Positions 36,494 through 47,168 of a stretch of DNA of 64,000 bases are shown in pieces (positions within the stretch are counted from its first letter, which is position 1; each line of letters starts with the position of its first letter). Source of the DNA: an uncultured Smithella sp. (GTDB lineage: Bacteria > Desulfobacterota > Syntrophia > Syntrophales > Smithellaceae); contig CAZSQS010000007.1 of the NCBI GenBank assembly GCA_964608995.1, positions 7,843 through 71,842 of the forward strand. Direction: 5' to 3'. The translations under genes and the position numbers were made by a program. The notes beneath the pieces were generated by a model. That model was not told the origin of the DNA. It saw only the letters and a list, made by a program, of their open reading frames with translations, and ran no database searches.

Positions 36494-36525
36494 TGCCATT
36501 CTCCGATACATTATCAAACAGAACA

Positions 36526-36556
36526 AAAAGCCCGCTCACTCAAGCGGGCTTTTTGT
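36526..36556 (+). terminator. Rho-independent terminator after the tRNA
   Basis: AGCCCGCT CACTCA AGCGGGCT hairpin followed by TTTTTGTTTG. Confidence 0.75.
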
Positions 36557-36620
36557 TTGCAATTGTTTCAAGAAGTTGTAATATGGCCAAACTCTAACAG
36601 TTGGTGGAAAGGGTTTCTCC

Positions 36621-38882
36621 ATGAACGCCTTTGCCGACAAGCAGATCTCAAAGAACACTTCGACAGAGGTTTGCCGCCCTGGGGCCTCCGCATCTTTGGC
36701 GCCTTTGCGACATCATTTTCATGAAGAGACTTCCGGTAAACGACCGGTAACGCCGGATCAACGGGTTTCGACTGACGGTGATACTCCCCTCCCCTCCCGG
36801 GAAAATTCAAAAAGACCTGTTCACGCTTTTGGCAACATACCGGTTTATTCCGGAGCGCATCAAGCTTCAAACAACCGGACAATCTCCGCACCTGCTTCCC
36901 TGCCCTCGCTGTTTCGCGCTGTCCCGCCTCGCACAAGCAGCCCTCGCCTGGGGGCAAAATCAGACAGCGCGGAAACGGACGCCAGCCGTTTCGCGGAAAG
37001 GATTCTATCGAGAAGCCCACAGTTTGCCGACAGCCCCGCGAAAGACAGGACACCTCCATCGGTTGCCGCAGGCGGCGTGGGCCTTGCGGAAAGTGAACGG
37101 AATTTTTTTGAACCGCGTCTTGGGAAAAGCCTGCATCAAATAGGCATTCATTGCGATGAGGCCGCCGCCCGGAGCGCCCGACGCCTGGGGGCTAACGCCT
37201 TTACACTGGGATCAAATATCTGGTTCGGATCAGGTCAATACCACCCCGGCGCTTCTTCCTTTAGGCGTACGCTGGCCCATGAGCTTGGCCATGTTGCTCA
37301 GTCGGCGGCAGGCTTCGATTCCGGAATGATCCGCCGCACGCCCGGCGAGGATGATTTTGATTGGACGCAAAGCCGTCTGGCCCAGGCCATCTCGGCCGCC
37401 CTCGATGCAATTCAGGCGCCCACGGGGCTTACCGATCCAGAGACGGATGAGGCTCTTTACGCGCCGCTGATCAACAGCGAAGTTGTCCTTCGGTTATTAT
37501 CCGAGTCTCCCCTTTTCCTGACACTGGCTGAGTCGGTCGAAAACACGTATTTGAGCGAACCGGAATCATCTCCTTTGCATTTTGATTTTCACTTGAATGC
37601 CGAACGCCCGACGGAGTTTATGCGGGGAAGCGGCGATGAAGCCTCAGTGGTCAGTGTGTTTATCCATCCACAGCAGGCGGTAACGCGCAGGCTGGCGCTG
37701 GTGGTCGGGGCGATTGTCCATGAGCTGGCGCATGCCTCGCATGAGCACCTGCCGCGGGTCAGCACCCGCGGGCTTGGCGAGGTCGCTATTACAGAAGCCA
37801 GAGGCGTGGCGGAAGAAAGAAACACGCGTGTTGAGGAATTTGCCATTATGGACGAAATCATGGCCAGTTCGTCCTGGCAGACGCTGACGATGAACGCGCG
37901 CCTGAACCGGCCCGACACAGCCGAGGACATCACAGAAGCCTCCGTGCGGGACTCGTTTCGCAGCGGATTACCCAAGCTCACCTATCAGGAATATTTTATC
38001 GTGGAGGTCATGCTGAACCGCTACCGGCCTGAAAGCGCAAGCGATGACGATGCGCGCCACTACGCGCGGATTATCCTCGACCAGGCAGGCCTGCCCGAGG
38101 TGGCGCCCGGAAACGTCGCACGCTTCTGGGTGTACTGGTCACAGGCCTCCCGGATGCCCACCCGGGATGAGCAAGGCGGCCCGGAAGTCGCAATCAGCGC
38201 CATTGAGACCGAAGCTCTCGTGGAGCTTCCCCCCGCGCCTCCGCCGCTGGAGCACGCGGCAAAGGCCATTCAAATTTACAACCGTCACGACAGAAATCTC
38301 CGCCGGGCCAGTGCCGCGCTGAATGACGTCTCCCCTCGATGCGTCGATTTCATCCATTTTGTGAGCGAAGACTTCCATTACCGGACGCTCATCGATCAGG
38401 GGTTCGAGCCGCTGCCGGCCGACCCGGACCGTCGCATCGATGCCTGGACCACATTGATGGATATGTGGTCCGCCATGCAGGAGCGCCACGACCGCCGTGC
38501 CGCGAGTCAAACCGAAGCCGTCGCCTTTATGGCCTGGTATGCCCAGCACCTTCAAGGCGTTCGTGAAGAAGCGCAGCCGGAAGCGGCACAGCCCCCGGAG
38601 ACGGCAACACGGGCCCATCGAAGAGAGCAGGCCAGACAAGACAGGCTTGCGCTTGAGCACCGCGAAGACCAGGCTGATCAACAGCTACAGGCGCTTCGAT
38701 ATTTCGCGTGGGTGCTGATTTCTGAAAAGATGTCGCGTGAATGGACAAGCTACGACGCGCCCGAGGCCTCTTTACAGGAGCGGCACTTGCAGTTTCTGGA
38801 AGAAGCGGCAGGCGCCGCACCGGAGAGCCCCGGCCTCATCAGCGGCGAAGAAGAACTGCTGAGAGGCATTCCCCATCCCTGA
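36621..38882 (+). CDS. DUF4157-domain protein with two HExxH metallopeptidase-like motifs
   Basis: FEPRLGKSLHQIGIHCDEAAARSARRLGANAFTLGSNIWFGSGQYHPGASSFRRTLAHELGHVAQ matches the DUF4157 signature as I know it. A second VHELAHASHEH lies ~190 aa downstream. No signal peptide. Confidence 0.75.
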   Translation: MNAFADKQISKNTSTEVCRPGASASLAPLRHHFHEETSGKRPVTPDQRVSTDGDTPLPSRENSKRPVHAFGNIPVYSGAHQASNNRTISAPASLPSLFRAVPPRTSSPRLGAKSDSAETDASRFAERILSRSPQFADSPAKDRTPPSVAAGGVGLAESERNFFEPRLGKSLHQIGIHCDEAAARSARRLGANAFTLGSNIWFGSGQYHPGASSFRRTLAHELGHVAQSAAGFDSGMIRRTPGEDDFDWTQSRLAQAISAALDAIQAPTGLTDPETDEALYAPLINSEVVLRLLSESPLFLTLAESVENTYLSEPESSPLHFDFHLNAERPTEFMRGSGDEASVVSVFIHPQQAVTRRLALVVGAIVHELAHASHEHLPRVSTRGLGEVAITEARGVAEERNTRVEEFAIMDEIMASSSWQTLTMNARLNRPDTAEDITEASVRDSFRSGLPKLTYQEYFIVEVMLNRYRPESASDDDARHYARIILDQAGLPEVAPGNVARFWVYWSQASRMPTRDEQGGPEVAISAIETEALVELPPAPPPLEHAAKAIQIYNRHDRNLRRASAALNDVSPRCVDFIHFVSEDFHYRTLIDQGFEPLPADPDRRIDAWTTLMDMWSAMQERHDRRAASQTEAVAFMAWYAQHLQGVREEAQPEAAQPPETATRAHRREQARQDRLALEHREDQADQQLQALRYFAWVLISEKMSREWTSYDAPEASLQERHLQFLEEAAGAAPESPGLISGEEELLRGIPHP

Positions 38883-38941
38883 GCGCAAATCATATTTACT
38901 GTAGTCACAGCGGATACGTTGCTTGCGCCGGTGTTTCCGGG

Positions 38942-39853
38942 CTACTTGAGGAAGATTCCGCTCAGAATATAACCTATGGCAATCAGCGCTTGAGTGGATA
39001 GGACCAGAAAGACATTTTGTCCCATGGCCGTAAGGAAGGCGGGCCGGTCGTCATACCGGAAGGACCCCTTGATCACCTGAAAGGCGACAGGCAACGTCAC
39101 AAGCGCAATCAGGGTGAATACCGGCATGAAGCGGAACATCACTGCCCAGATCAGCCACAGATACACAAGTACGGTCACCGCCGAGAAAAAATAGGCCGCC
39201 CGTTTCTTGCCCGCGACAATCGGCAGCGTGCGTCTTTTCACCGTGATGTCTGCTTCCGCATCCGGGAATTCGTTGAGCAACAGCAGGTTGTGCACCAGAA
39301 AAAATGACGGCATCGAGGCGATCAATGCGCTTAACGAATAGACGCCGGTGTGCACAAAATAGGCGCCCAGAACCGGAAGGATACCCAGCCCCAGTCCGGC
39401 GGACCACTCCGGATACCCCATCTTCAGGATTAGGGGGGTGTAAAAAATGATGAGAAAAACCGCCAGAAGCAAAAGCGGCAAAAGCAGGAAGCCTGAGGTC
39501 CGGACAAAAAATATGGAGATGGGAATCAAAATAATCAAGCAGATGATCCCGATCCACAAAACCTCGGATACGGTGAGCAGACCAGTGGGCGCGGCACCGC
39601 TACCGCCGCTGAAGGGCGTGCGCTGTGTTTTGTAATCGAGCCCGCTTCGCGCGTCGAAATAGTCATTGAAGATATTGACCGCCGCATGGGCCACCAGCAA
39701 TCCGAACGTCGCCAGCACCGCATATTCCAGGTAGAACGGTGAACCGAAGCGCCTTGATTCATACCATGCGATCGCCGCCCCCAGAATACCCAGAATGAGA
39801 GCAAGAATGAGAAACGGAATACGAATAACGGTTATGATGCCTTGAAGTTTCAT
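38942..39853 (-). CDS. UbiA-family prenyltransferase (MenA-like)
   Basis: Eight or so TM helices. The Asp-rich motif NIFNDYFDARSGLD (NxxxDxxxD) and a second LLNEFPDAEAD motif. Confidence 0.7.
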   Translation of the reverse strand: MKLQGIITVIRIPFLILALILGILGAAIAWYESRRFGSPFYLEYAVLATFGLLVAHAAVNIFNDYFDARSGLDYKTQRTPFSGGSGAAPTGLLTVSEVLWIGIICLIILIPISIFFVRTSGFLLLPLLLLAVFLIIFYTPLILKMGYPEWSAGLGLGILPVLGAYFVHTGVYSLSALIASMPSFFLVHNLLLLNEFPDAEADITVKRRTLPIVAGKKRAAYFFSAVTVLVYLWLIWAVMFRFMPVFTLIALVTLPVAFQVIKGSFRYDDRPAFLTAMGQNVFLVLSTQALIAIGYILSGIFLK

Positions 39854-40060
39854 TGTGAAGTTTTATTTCACCTCTATCTGCAAAATTTATGAGTCTGCTC
39901 TTTTACAGATTCGACGTCTTCTTGGCAAGCAGTTTATCACCCGAGGGCAGACTTTACAGCATGAGGATGACGCGCAAAATATGTCGGGGCGTGAACACCG
40001 GGAACGGTTTCAGGTTTATGGCGGGTGGAGGCCATTTGCGGGAAATGAAGGTTCGCGGTT

Positions 40061-41137
40061 TTATCCCTGCTTGTTTAAAAGTTCCGCCTGATGGTTGGAG
40101 ATGAGCGCGTCGATCATGGCGCCGATGTTGCCGTTGATGAAACTGTCCAGATCGTAGCGGGTGAGGTTGATGCGGTGGTCGGTGATGCGGCCCTGCGGGA
40201 AGTTGTAGGTGCGGATACGCTCGGAGCGGTCACCGGTGCCCACCTGGCTTTTGCGCACCTGGGCCTGTTCGGCGTTGTGTTTTTGCACCATGGCGTCGAG
40301 TATCCGGGCGCGCAGAACCTTCATGGCCTTGATCTTGTTTTTGAGCTGTGATTTTTCATCCTGGCAGGTGACGACCACCCCCGTCGGCAAATGCGTGATG
40401 CGCACGGCCGAGTCGGTGGTATTAACACTCTGGCCGCCGTGGCCGGTGGAGCGATACACGTCGATGCGCAGGTCGTTTTGATCGATGTCCAGTTCCACTT
40501 CGTCCACTTCCGGCATGATGGCCACGGTGACGGCGGAGGTGTGGATGCGCCCCTGCGCCTCGGTGATGGGTACGCGCTGGACACGGTGCACGCCGCTTTC
40601 AAATTTCATACGGCTGTAAGCGCCCTTGCCATCGATCTCGGCAATGATTTCCTTGAAACCGCCCATGCCGCCCGAAGGCGATGAGCTGACGATTTCCACT
40701 TTCCATCCCTGCGCCTCGGCGTAGCGCGCGTACATACGAAACAGATCTCCCACAAAAAGCCCGGCTTCGTCCCCACCCGTGCCAGCGCGGATTTCCAGAA
40801 AAACGTTTTTATCGTCGTTGGGGTCTTTGGGTAAAAGCAGGATTTTGATTTTTTCTTCAAGCTCGGCCTGCCGGGTTTGCAAAGGCTGCATTTCTTCTTT
40901 GGCCATCGCCCGCAGTTCTTCATCGGATTCCGCCATGAGCTCCTGGTTGCCCGCGATGCGGTTGCAGACCTCTTCATAGTCGCGGATGGTCTCGACCAGT
41001 TCGCTCAAATCTGAATGTTCTTTGGCGTATTTCTGATACAGGCCCTGTTTGGAGACGATGTCCGGGTCGCTCAGCAGTCCTTCGAGTTCGCGATAGCGCA
41101 GCTCAATATCGCGAAGTTTATTCAATATAATATCCAT
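40061..41137 (-). CDS. prfA: Peptide chain release factor 1
   Basis: RF1-type [15 protein letters not shown] (PxT tripeptide region) and the GGQ motif [21 protein letters not shown]. Confidence 0.95.
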   Translation of the reverse strand: MDIILNKLRDIELRYRELEGLLSDPDIVSKQGLYQKYAKEHSDLSELVETIRDYEEVCNRIAGNQELMAESDEELRAMAKEEMQPLQTRQAELEEKIKILLLPKDPNDDKNVFLEIRAGTGGDEAGLFVGDLFRMYARYAEAQGWKVEIVSSSPSGGMGGFKEIIAEIDGKGAYSRMKFESGVHRVQRVPITEAQGRIHTSAVTVAIMPEVDEVELDIDQNDLRIDVYRSTGHGGQSVNTTDSAVRITHLPTGVVVTCQDEKSQLKNKIKAMKVLRARILDAMVQKHNAEQAQVRKSQVGTGDRSERIRTYNFPQGRITDHRINLTRYDLDSFINGNIGAMIDALISNHQAELLNKQG

Positions 41138-41190
41138 GGTTTTGATCCGATGTGTTAAAAAGAAACAGGATTTCTGTGCGAAGAAAGATA

Positions 41191-41233
41191 CATCTATAGC
41201 GCCCCTTTATGGAATTAAGCGGCGCTATAGATG
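41191..41233 (-). terminator. 13-bp perfect inverted repeat between rpmE and prfA (terminator/attenuator candidate)
   Basis: CATCTATAGCGCC (41191-41203) and GGCGCTATAGATG (41221-41233) with a 17-nt loop. On the minus strand it is followed by TATCTTTCTT. Confidence 0.4.
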
Positions 41234-41295
41234 CTGGATTCGTTGACTCGTCATATGGGCTGATGTCCGAAGGCGAATGCCTGAATCGGACGAAA

Positions 41296-41547
41296 TTACG
41301 CGGTGGCTTTTTTGGTGGTTTTCTTTTTGGCCGTCGTCGCTGCTTCAGGTTTGGTTTCGTATCTCTTCCTGAATTTCTCGACGCGTCCTGCCGTATCCAT
41401 AATTTTCTGTTTGCCTGTCATGAACGGATGGCAGTTGGAACAGATTTCAATTTTAATGTCTTTTTTGGTGGAGCGGGTTTCAATCACGTTGCCGCAGACG
41501 CAGGTGATGGTGGTCTCCTCATATTTCGGATGAATGCCTTCTTTCAT
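41296..41547 (-). CDS. rpmE: 50S ribosomal protein L31
   Basis: [27 protein letters not shown]...[19 protein letters not shown] lies upstream of ATG 41547, so the track ORF start at 41580 is an over-extension. Confidence 0.9.
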   Translation of the reverse strand: MKEGIHPKYEETTITCVCGNVIETRSTKKDIKIEICSNCHPFMTGKQKIMDTAGRVEKFRKRYETKPEAATTAKKKTTKKATA

Positions 41548-41689
41548 TGTCGCTTTGTCCTCCTGATTCCTGATCGGCAAAAACGATGCAGGTCTCTGTA
41601 ATTTTAAATAGATGGGCTCTCTATATCATATAAGGTAAAAACTCAAGCAAATTTATTTGCGGTCCTTAAGGGATATTATTACCGCCACT

Positions 41690-42937
41690 TCAGGAATTCA
41701 TGGATTCCAGGAATTCCTTATTATTATCGGTTTTCCGGATTTTGCTGATGATGAATTCCATGGCGTCCACCGGATTCATTTCCTGCAGCAGACGGCGCAA
41801 GATCCAGATACGATTGAGCGTCACTTTGGGAATCAGCAGTTCTTCCTTGCGGGTGCCGGAACGGATCAGGTCAAACGCGGGGAAGATGCGCCTGTCGGCA
41901 ATGCGGCGGTCCAGATGCAGTTCCATGTTGCCGGTGCCCTTGAACTCTTCAAAAATGACTTCGTCCATGCGGCTGCCCGTATCAATGAGCGCCGTGGAGA
42001 TAATGGTGAGAGAGCCGCCGTTTTCGATATTTCGGGCCGCGCCGAAGAAGCGTTTGGGTTTGTGCAGGGCGTTGGAATCGACACCGCCGGAAAGGACTTT
42101 GCCCGAGGGCGGAACCACGGTGTTGTATGCGCGGGCAAGCCGCGTGATGGAGTCGAGTAGAATGACGATGTCCTTTTTATGTTCTACGAGGCGTTTGGCC
42201 TTTTCAATGACCATTTCCGCCACCTGTACGTGGCGCGTGGCCGGTTCGTCAAAGGTGGAGGAGATGACTTCGCCTTTGACGCTGCGTTGCATGTCGGTCA
42301 CTTCTTCGGGGCGTTCGTCAATCAGAAGCACCATTAAAACGACTTCTTTGTGGTTGGCCGTGATGCTGTGGGCAATGTCCTGGAGCAAAACGGTTTTACC
42401 GGCGCGGGGCGGAGAGACGATGAGCGCTCTTTGTCCCTTGCCGATCGGGACAAAAAGATCCAGCGTACGGGTGGAATAATTTTCGGAATCGTATTCCAGG
42501 TTGAGTTTTTCCTGGGGGTATAGCGGCGTCAGGTTATCGAAGAGAATCTTATCGCGGGCCTGCTCGGGAGTCTCATAGTTGACCGTATCCACCTTTAAAA
42601 GGGCAAAATATTTTTCACCTTCTTTCGGGGGACGAACTTCGCCGGAAATGGTATCGCCGGTTCGAAGGTTGAATCGGCGGATCTGCGAGGGTGAAATATA
42701 AATATCGTCGGGGCTGGGCAGATAGTTGTAATCGACTGCGCGAAGGAAACCGAAGCCGTCCGGCAGGATTTCCAACACGCCGGATCCGGAAATGACGCCG
42801 TTTTGTTCGGCCTGGGTTTGCAAAATGGCAAAAATGAGGTCCTGGCGGCGCATGCCGCTGGCGCCCGGCACATCCAGTTCTTTGGCCATGCTGGTCAGTT
42901 CGCTGATCGGCAGCCTCTTAATGTCTTCGATGTTCAT
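41690..42937 (-). CDS. rho: Transcription termination factor Rho
   Basis: N-terminal [21 protein letters not shown]...[14 protein letters not shown], Walker A SPPRAGKT and [23 protein letters not shown]. Confidence 0.95.
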   Translation of the reverse strand: MNIEDIKRLPISELTSMAKELDVPGASGMRRQDLIFAILQTQAEQNGVISGSGVLEILPDGFGFLRAVDYNYLPSPDDIYISPSQIRRFNLRTGDTISGEVRPPKEGEKYFALLKVDTVNYETPEQARDKILFDNLTPLYPQEKLNLEYDSENYSTRTLDLFVPIGKGQRALIVSPPRAGKTVLLQDIAHSITANHKEVVLMVLLIDERPEEVTDMQRSVKGEVISSTFDEPATRHVQVAEMVIEKAKRLVEHKKDIVILLDSITRLARAYNTVVPPSGKVLSGGVDSNALHKPKRFFGAARNIENGGSLTIISTALIDTGSRMDEVIFEEFKGTGNMELHLDRRIADRRIFPAFDLIRSGTRKEELLIPKVTLNRIWILRRLLQEMNPVDAMEFIISKIRKTDNNKEFLESMNS

Positions 42938-43332
42938 AACTTCTTCCTTTTATTAATTAATTTTTAACAGGCACGGTATTGAGATAGGCAATCTTGACTG
43001 CTTTATGCTTATTTAAAGACAAATAAAGACATTTTTTGGTTTTTAGCAGTTACAGGTTTTCTATCGGCTTGTTTGTTTGAATACTTGAGTCGCTCCAAAA
43101 GGCAGGGCCTTAAGCCTCTGACGAATTGTAGAAATGCTATACGAATCATTTTCAGGTGTCAAGATATTTTAGAATATAATTCAGAATATAATTTTCTTGC
43201 GGATATTGTGTCGCGGGTATAAAGAGTTCTCCAACGAAAACAAGTTTCTTTCAAAATCTTTTCTTGATTTCCGGATCGTACTGAACTAAATGATTTTTAA
43301 TAATATTTAACCTGAAAGGTGTTATTGACGTT

Positions 43333-44817
43333 ATGGATGATATTCACTCAAGCGACCCTGTGGACGAGAATTCAGCCCCTGAATTACCGGAGCTTTCCCT
43401 GGAGACGATGACGCCGGAGCTTCAGGCGGCCTGCCTGCGGGCGGGCTGGAACACGCTGACGCCGGTGCAGGCCAAATCGATTCCCTTTCTTCTGGAGGGG
43501 CGCGATATGATGATCCAGTCCCGGACCGGCAGCGGCAAAACCGGCGCGTATCTTCTGCCGATCCTGCAAAAAATTAACCTGGAAAAAAAAGTCGCCCAGG
43601 CGCTGGTGCTGGTTCCCACGCGAGAACTGGCCCTGCAGGTTTCGCTGGAAGCGAGAATGCTGGCCGAAGGAACAAAATTACAAACGGCGATGGTTTACGG
43701 TGGCGTCGGTTATACGGCACAACTGGAGGCTTTCCGCGCAGGCGCACAACTGGTTGTGGGAACACCGGGACGCATTCTCGATCATTTGCTGAAAAACACG
43801 TTATCGTTGAATCATATAAAAATATTGATCTTTGACGAGGCGGACCGGATGCTCTCGATGGGATTTTATCCCGACATGGTGAAAATCCGCAAATATCTGC
43901 CGACACGGGAGATGCAAAGCAGCATGTTTTCAGCAACCTTTCCGCCACAGGTCATCCGGCTGGCCGAACAATTTTTACACAAGCCCCAACTGATGAGCTT
44001 AAGCGGCAATCAGGTGCACATCGCCGAAATCGAACACGCCTACTACGTCGTTCCGGGAATGCGCAAAGACCGCTCGCTGGTGCGGATCATTGAGATTGAA
44101 AATCCCGCCTCGGCCATCATTTTCTGCAATACCAAAGACACCGTTCACTACCTGTCGGTCGTCCTCAAGCGGTTCGGCTATGACGCAGACGAATTGAGCT
44201 CTGATCTGGCGCAAAGCGCGCGTGAAAAAGTGATGGCGCGCGTGCGCCGTGGAGCGCTTCGATTCCTGGTGGCCACCGATGTGGCCGCACGCGGTATTGA
44301 TATTCCGGATCTGTCCCACGTCATCCAGTACGAACCGCCGGAAGATCCGGAAGCCTACATTCATCGCGCCGGACGCACGGGCCGCATGGGATCGGGCGGT
44401 GTGGCCATCTCGCTGGTGGCGGAGATGGAAAAATACAAGCTGATGAGCATTGCCCGTTTTTACGACATTCACATGGAAGAGCGAACGCTGCCGGATGATG
44501 AGGCGATTCAAAAAGTTGCAGGCGAACGCATCACCGCGCTCCTGGAGGCCAAGCTGCGCGCCCGGGACAATCTGCAATTGGAAAGAATGCGCCGATTCCA
44601 GCCTCTGGCGCACCATCTGTCCCAATCCGACGAGGGGCTTTCCCTGATGGTGATGTTGCTCGACGACTATTATCAACAATCTTTGCATGCGCCACCGGAG
44701 CAGCCAACCGCTGACATCAAGGAAGAAAAACCGGATAAGCCGGAAATGCCGGATAAGCCCGCCATCAAGAAAAGAAGGCCTCGTTCAAGAAGTCGAAGCT
44801 CCCAAAAGGAATTATAA
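43333..44817 (+). CDS. DEAD-box RNA helicase
   Basis: Q motif TPVQAKSIP, SRTGSGKT, FDEADRML, SAT and HRAGRTGR. Basic C-terminal tail. Confidence 0.9.
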   Translation: MDDIHSSDPVDENSAPELPELSLETMTPELQAACLRAGWNTLTPVQAKSIPFLLEGRDMMIQSRTGSGKTGAYLLPILQKINLEKKVAQALVLVPTRELALQVSLEARMLAEGTKLQTAMVYGGVGYTAQLEAFRAGAQLVVGTPGRILDHLLKNTLSLNHIKILIFDEADRMLSMGFYPDMVKIRKYLPTREMQSSMFSATFPPQVIRLAEQFLHKPQLMSLSGNQVHIAEIEHAYYVVPGMRKDRSLVRIIEIENPASAIIFCNTKDTVHYLSVVLKRFGYDADELSSDLAQSAREKVMARVRRGALRFLVATDVAARGIDIPDLSHVIQYEPPEDPEAYIHRAGRTGRMGSGGVAISLVAEMEKYKLMSIARFYDIHMEERTLPDDEAIQKVAGERITALLEAKLRARDNLQLERMRRFQPLAHHLSQSDEGLSLMVMLLDDYYQQSLHAPPEQPTADIKEEKPDKPEMPDKPAIKKRRPRSRSRSSQKEL

Positions 44818-45722
44818 TGTTTAAGGTGTTGTTTCCGGCCCACAAGGATGTTTGTGCAATCCTGCTTTTTTCTCTGGTTGTGTTTTTGGCTTCCTGCGCC
44901 GCGACGCCACCTGTCGCGCCCGCGCCGAAACCGGCTAAAATTGCCGTTGTGCTTGGGGCCGGCGCCTCAAAGGGGTTTGCGCATATCGGCGTTTTGAAAG
45001 TCCTGGAGTTGCAGAATGTTCCCATCCATATGGTTGTGGGAACAAGCGCCGGAAGCCTCGTCGCCAGTCTCTATGCCTGGAGCAAAAGCGCTTATGCATT
45101 GCAGGACATTGCCATGACCATGGAGCAAGACAAGGTCATTGACTATGACTGGAAGGTTTGGAAAGGCGGGCTTATCAAAGGCGAGAAGCTGCAAAACTTT
45201 ATCAATGCCAGTGTAGGTCATGTTCCCATTGAGAATCTCAAAATTCCCTTCTACGCCGTAGCAACCAACGCCAACACCGGCGAGGAAATGGTTTTTGGCA
45301 GAGGCAACACCGGCATAGCCGTTCAGGCCAGCTGTAGTGTGCCGGGGGTGTTCCAGCCGGTCAGAATCGGGAACAACACTTACGTGGATGGCGGACTGGT
45401 CAGCGCTGTAGCGGTGGATGTGGCCAGGCGCTACGGGGCGGACGTGGTGATTGCCGTAGATATCTCAGGCGGCCTGGATCAAAATGCCCCCAACGGGATC
45501 ATGGACACAATGGGGAAAACGGTCAGCATCATGTATATGCGAAATATCAATGCACAGCTGAAAAACGCCGATGTCGTCATCCGGCCGAACGTGAAGGACA
45601 TTGGTTCGACGGAAATGGAAAAATTCAACCAGGCGATTTTTGAAGGTGAAAAGGCGGCCGTTGCGGCCATGCCCGAGATACGAAAGATCATCGATAGGCT
45701 GGTAATGGAAGGGCGTTTATAG
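44817..45722 (+). CDS. Patatin-like phospholipase lipoprotein (RssA-like)
   Basis: Lipobox FLASC. GAGASKGFAHIGVL (oxyanion Gly-rich loop), GTSAGS (GxSxG) and DGGL. The start overlaps the helicase stop (TAATG). Confidence 0.85.
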   Translation: MFKVLFPAHKDVCAILLFSLVVFLASCAATPPVAPAPKPAKIAVVLGAGASKGFAHIGVLKVLELQNVPIHMVVGTSAGSLVASLYAWSKSAYALQDIAMTMEQDKVIDYDWKVWKGGLIKGEKLQNFINASVGHVPIENLKIPFYAVATNANTGEEMVFGRGNTGIAVQASCSVPGVFQPVRIGNNTYVDGGLVSAVAVDVARRYGADVVIAVDISGGLDQNAPNGIMDTMGKTVSIMYMRNINAQLKNADVVIRPNVKDIGSTEMEKFNQAIFEGEKAAVAAMPEIRKIIDRLVMEGRL

Positions 45723-46018
45723 GCGGATGCAGGTGATGGAAACACAAGGCTGCGCCGTCTGTCCCCTGTACCTTCCATCAAGAGGGTGATCCACAACCTC
45801 GAGAAAGAGCGAGGATTGCCGTCAATCCCGCGCATGCGTTGACAACACTGGCGACGACCTGCGGCAGTTGCGCCAACAGCCAGAGATTAAACTGTGTTTT
45901 AAAAGGCCGCGCCGCCTGGTGGTTGTGGGCCAGGCTTGCGGGTTGGAACCAGTCCCCTGATAATGGAATTATTTGCATACGAATCTTTAACAAACATACC
46001 CATGGAGGAACACTCAGA

Positions 46019-46405
46019 ATGACCGATACGATGGCCGCCTGGCACAAACTGGTTGAAACGCGCGATGCCGCAGAGCTCGACGCCATTTTAGCCGATAACG
46101 TCGTTTTCCATTCACCGGTGGTGCATACCCCTCAGGCGGGAAAGCCCATTACCACCTTGTATCTCACGGCCGCCCTGCATGTGCTCAATAACGACACATT
46201 TCGCTATTTGCGCGAAGTGGTTCAGGGGAATTGCGCCGTCCTCGAGTTCCAAACCGTCATCGACGGCATCACAATTAACGGCGTGGATATGATCGCGTGG
46301 GGCGAGGACGGCAAAATTAACGATTTCAAAGTCATGATCCGTCCGCTCAAGGCCATCAACCTGGTGCATCGGATGATGGGCGAAATGCTCGAAAAGATCA
46401 AATAG
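46019..46405 (+). CDS. NTF2/SnoaL-like fold protein
   Basis: GGAGG precedes ATG 46019. The 128-aa product (AWHKLVETRDAAELDAILADNVVFHSP...) resembles SnoaL-like/NTF2 family proteins. The upstream part of the track ORF lacks coding character. Confidence 0.55.
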   Translation: MTDTMAAWHKLVETRDAAELDAILADNVVFHSPVVHTPQAGKPITTLYLTAALHVLNNDTFRYLREVVQGNCAVLEFQTVIDGITINGVDMIAWGEDGKINDFKVMIRPLKAINLVHRMMGEMLEKIK

Positions 46406-46533
46406 CCGACAAGACACATCAACAAAGACGTATCATAACCGTTTAGATTTCCCGCCGTTTTCGGGCAGATGTCGCTGTGCGCTGAAAAAACGGCGGGGTG
46501 TCATACTCAAACAAAAGAAAGGAGCTGTTTTTT

Positions 46534-47109
46534 ATGAAGAAAGGATTCAAGGGATGTCTGGTCTTGGGATTAATGGTGATGGCTTTATCTTTTTCAGGAT
46601 GCACGCTGCATGTCACAAAACACATTTCCGACAAGCTTGATCAGGAGGCCATGTACAAAACGTATGATGTCCGCCCCATGGATTTATCCACCGCCTCGAA
46701 GTGTCCCGCGCCGCCGTCCGTTAAAATCGTCAACGCTGAAACAAGGGAAGAGGACTATCATGCCTTCAGGAATCCGCCCTACAAAGGTTATATTAATCCC
46801 CGGATCATGATGGACAATGCCGCCGCATACCTCAAGGGCGCATACGAAAAAAGCAATATTAAAGTCGATGACTCATCCGGCAAGGTGATTGAACTGAAAA
46901 TGATCGAACTGCAGTCCGTGGCGGGAGCCTGGTCGTTTGGCTCCAATATCAAACTGGAAGTAACGATTCCCGAAAAAAAAATAACGAGAGTCTATGAGGC
47001 CCAGGAAAACGCCGGCAATGGATTTTCCGCGGCGGCCTATGTGATTCACAAAGCCTCGCAGCAGATTCTTTACGATCCGGCGGTACTGGACTATATTTTA
47101 TGCAAGTAA
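46534..47109 (+). CDS. Lipoprotein, function unknown
   Basis: AAAGGAG RBS. Signal peptide MKKGFKGCLVLGLMVMALSFSGC with a lipobox. Confidence 0.6.
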   Translation: MKKGFKGCLVLGLMVMALSFSGCTLHVTKHISDKLDQEAMYKTYDVRPMDLSTASKCPAPPSVKIVNAETREEDYHAFRNPPYKGYINPRIMMDNAAAYLKGAYEKSNIKVDDSSGKVIELKMIELQSVAGAWSFGSNIKLEVTIPEKKITRVYEAQENAGNGFSAAAYVIHKASQQILYDPAVLDYILCK

Positions 47110-47168
47110 CGCGCATCGGCCCCTGACCTTCGCGTGCACTGTGCTTTAACCTGTTTTCAGAAAAACGC

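Noticed and set aside
36417-38941. A possible integrative element at tRNA-Arg (integrase, or a direct repeat of the tRNA 3' end).
   Set aside because: No integrase or recombinase ORF is present. I found no copy of the tRNA 3' segment (GTTCGAATCTCACATCGCCCACCA) in 38883-38941 or elsewhere in the window. Only the context is suggestive.
40061-41137. I checked the release-factor gene for a programmed frameshift or an RF2 identity.
   Set aside because: It is a single uninterrupted ORF with the RF1-type PxT region (PIT) and no SPF motif. It is an ordinary prfA.
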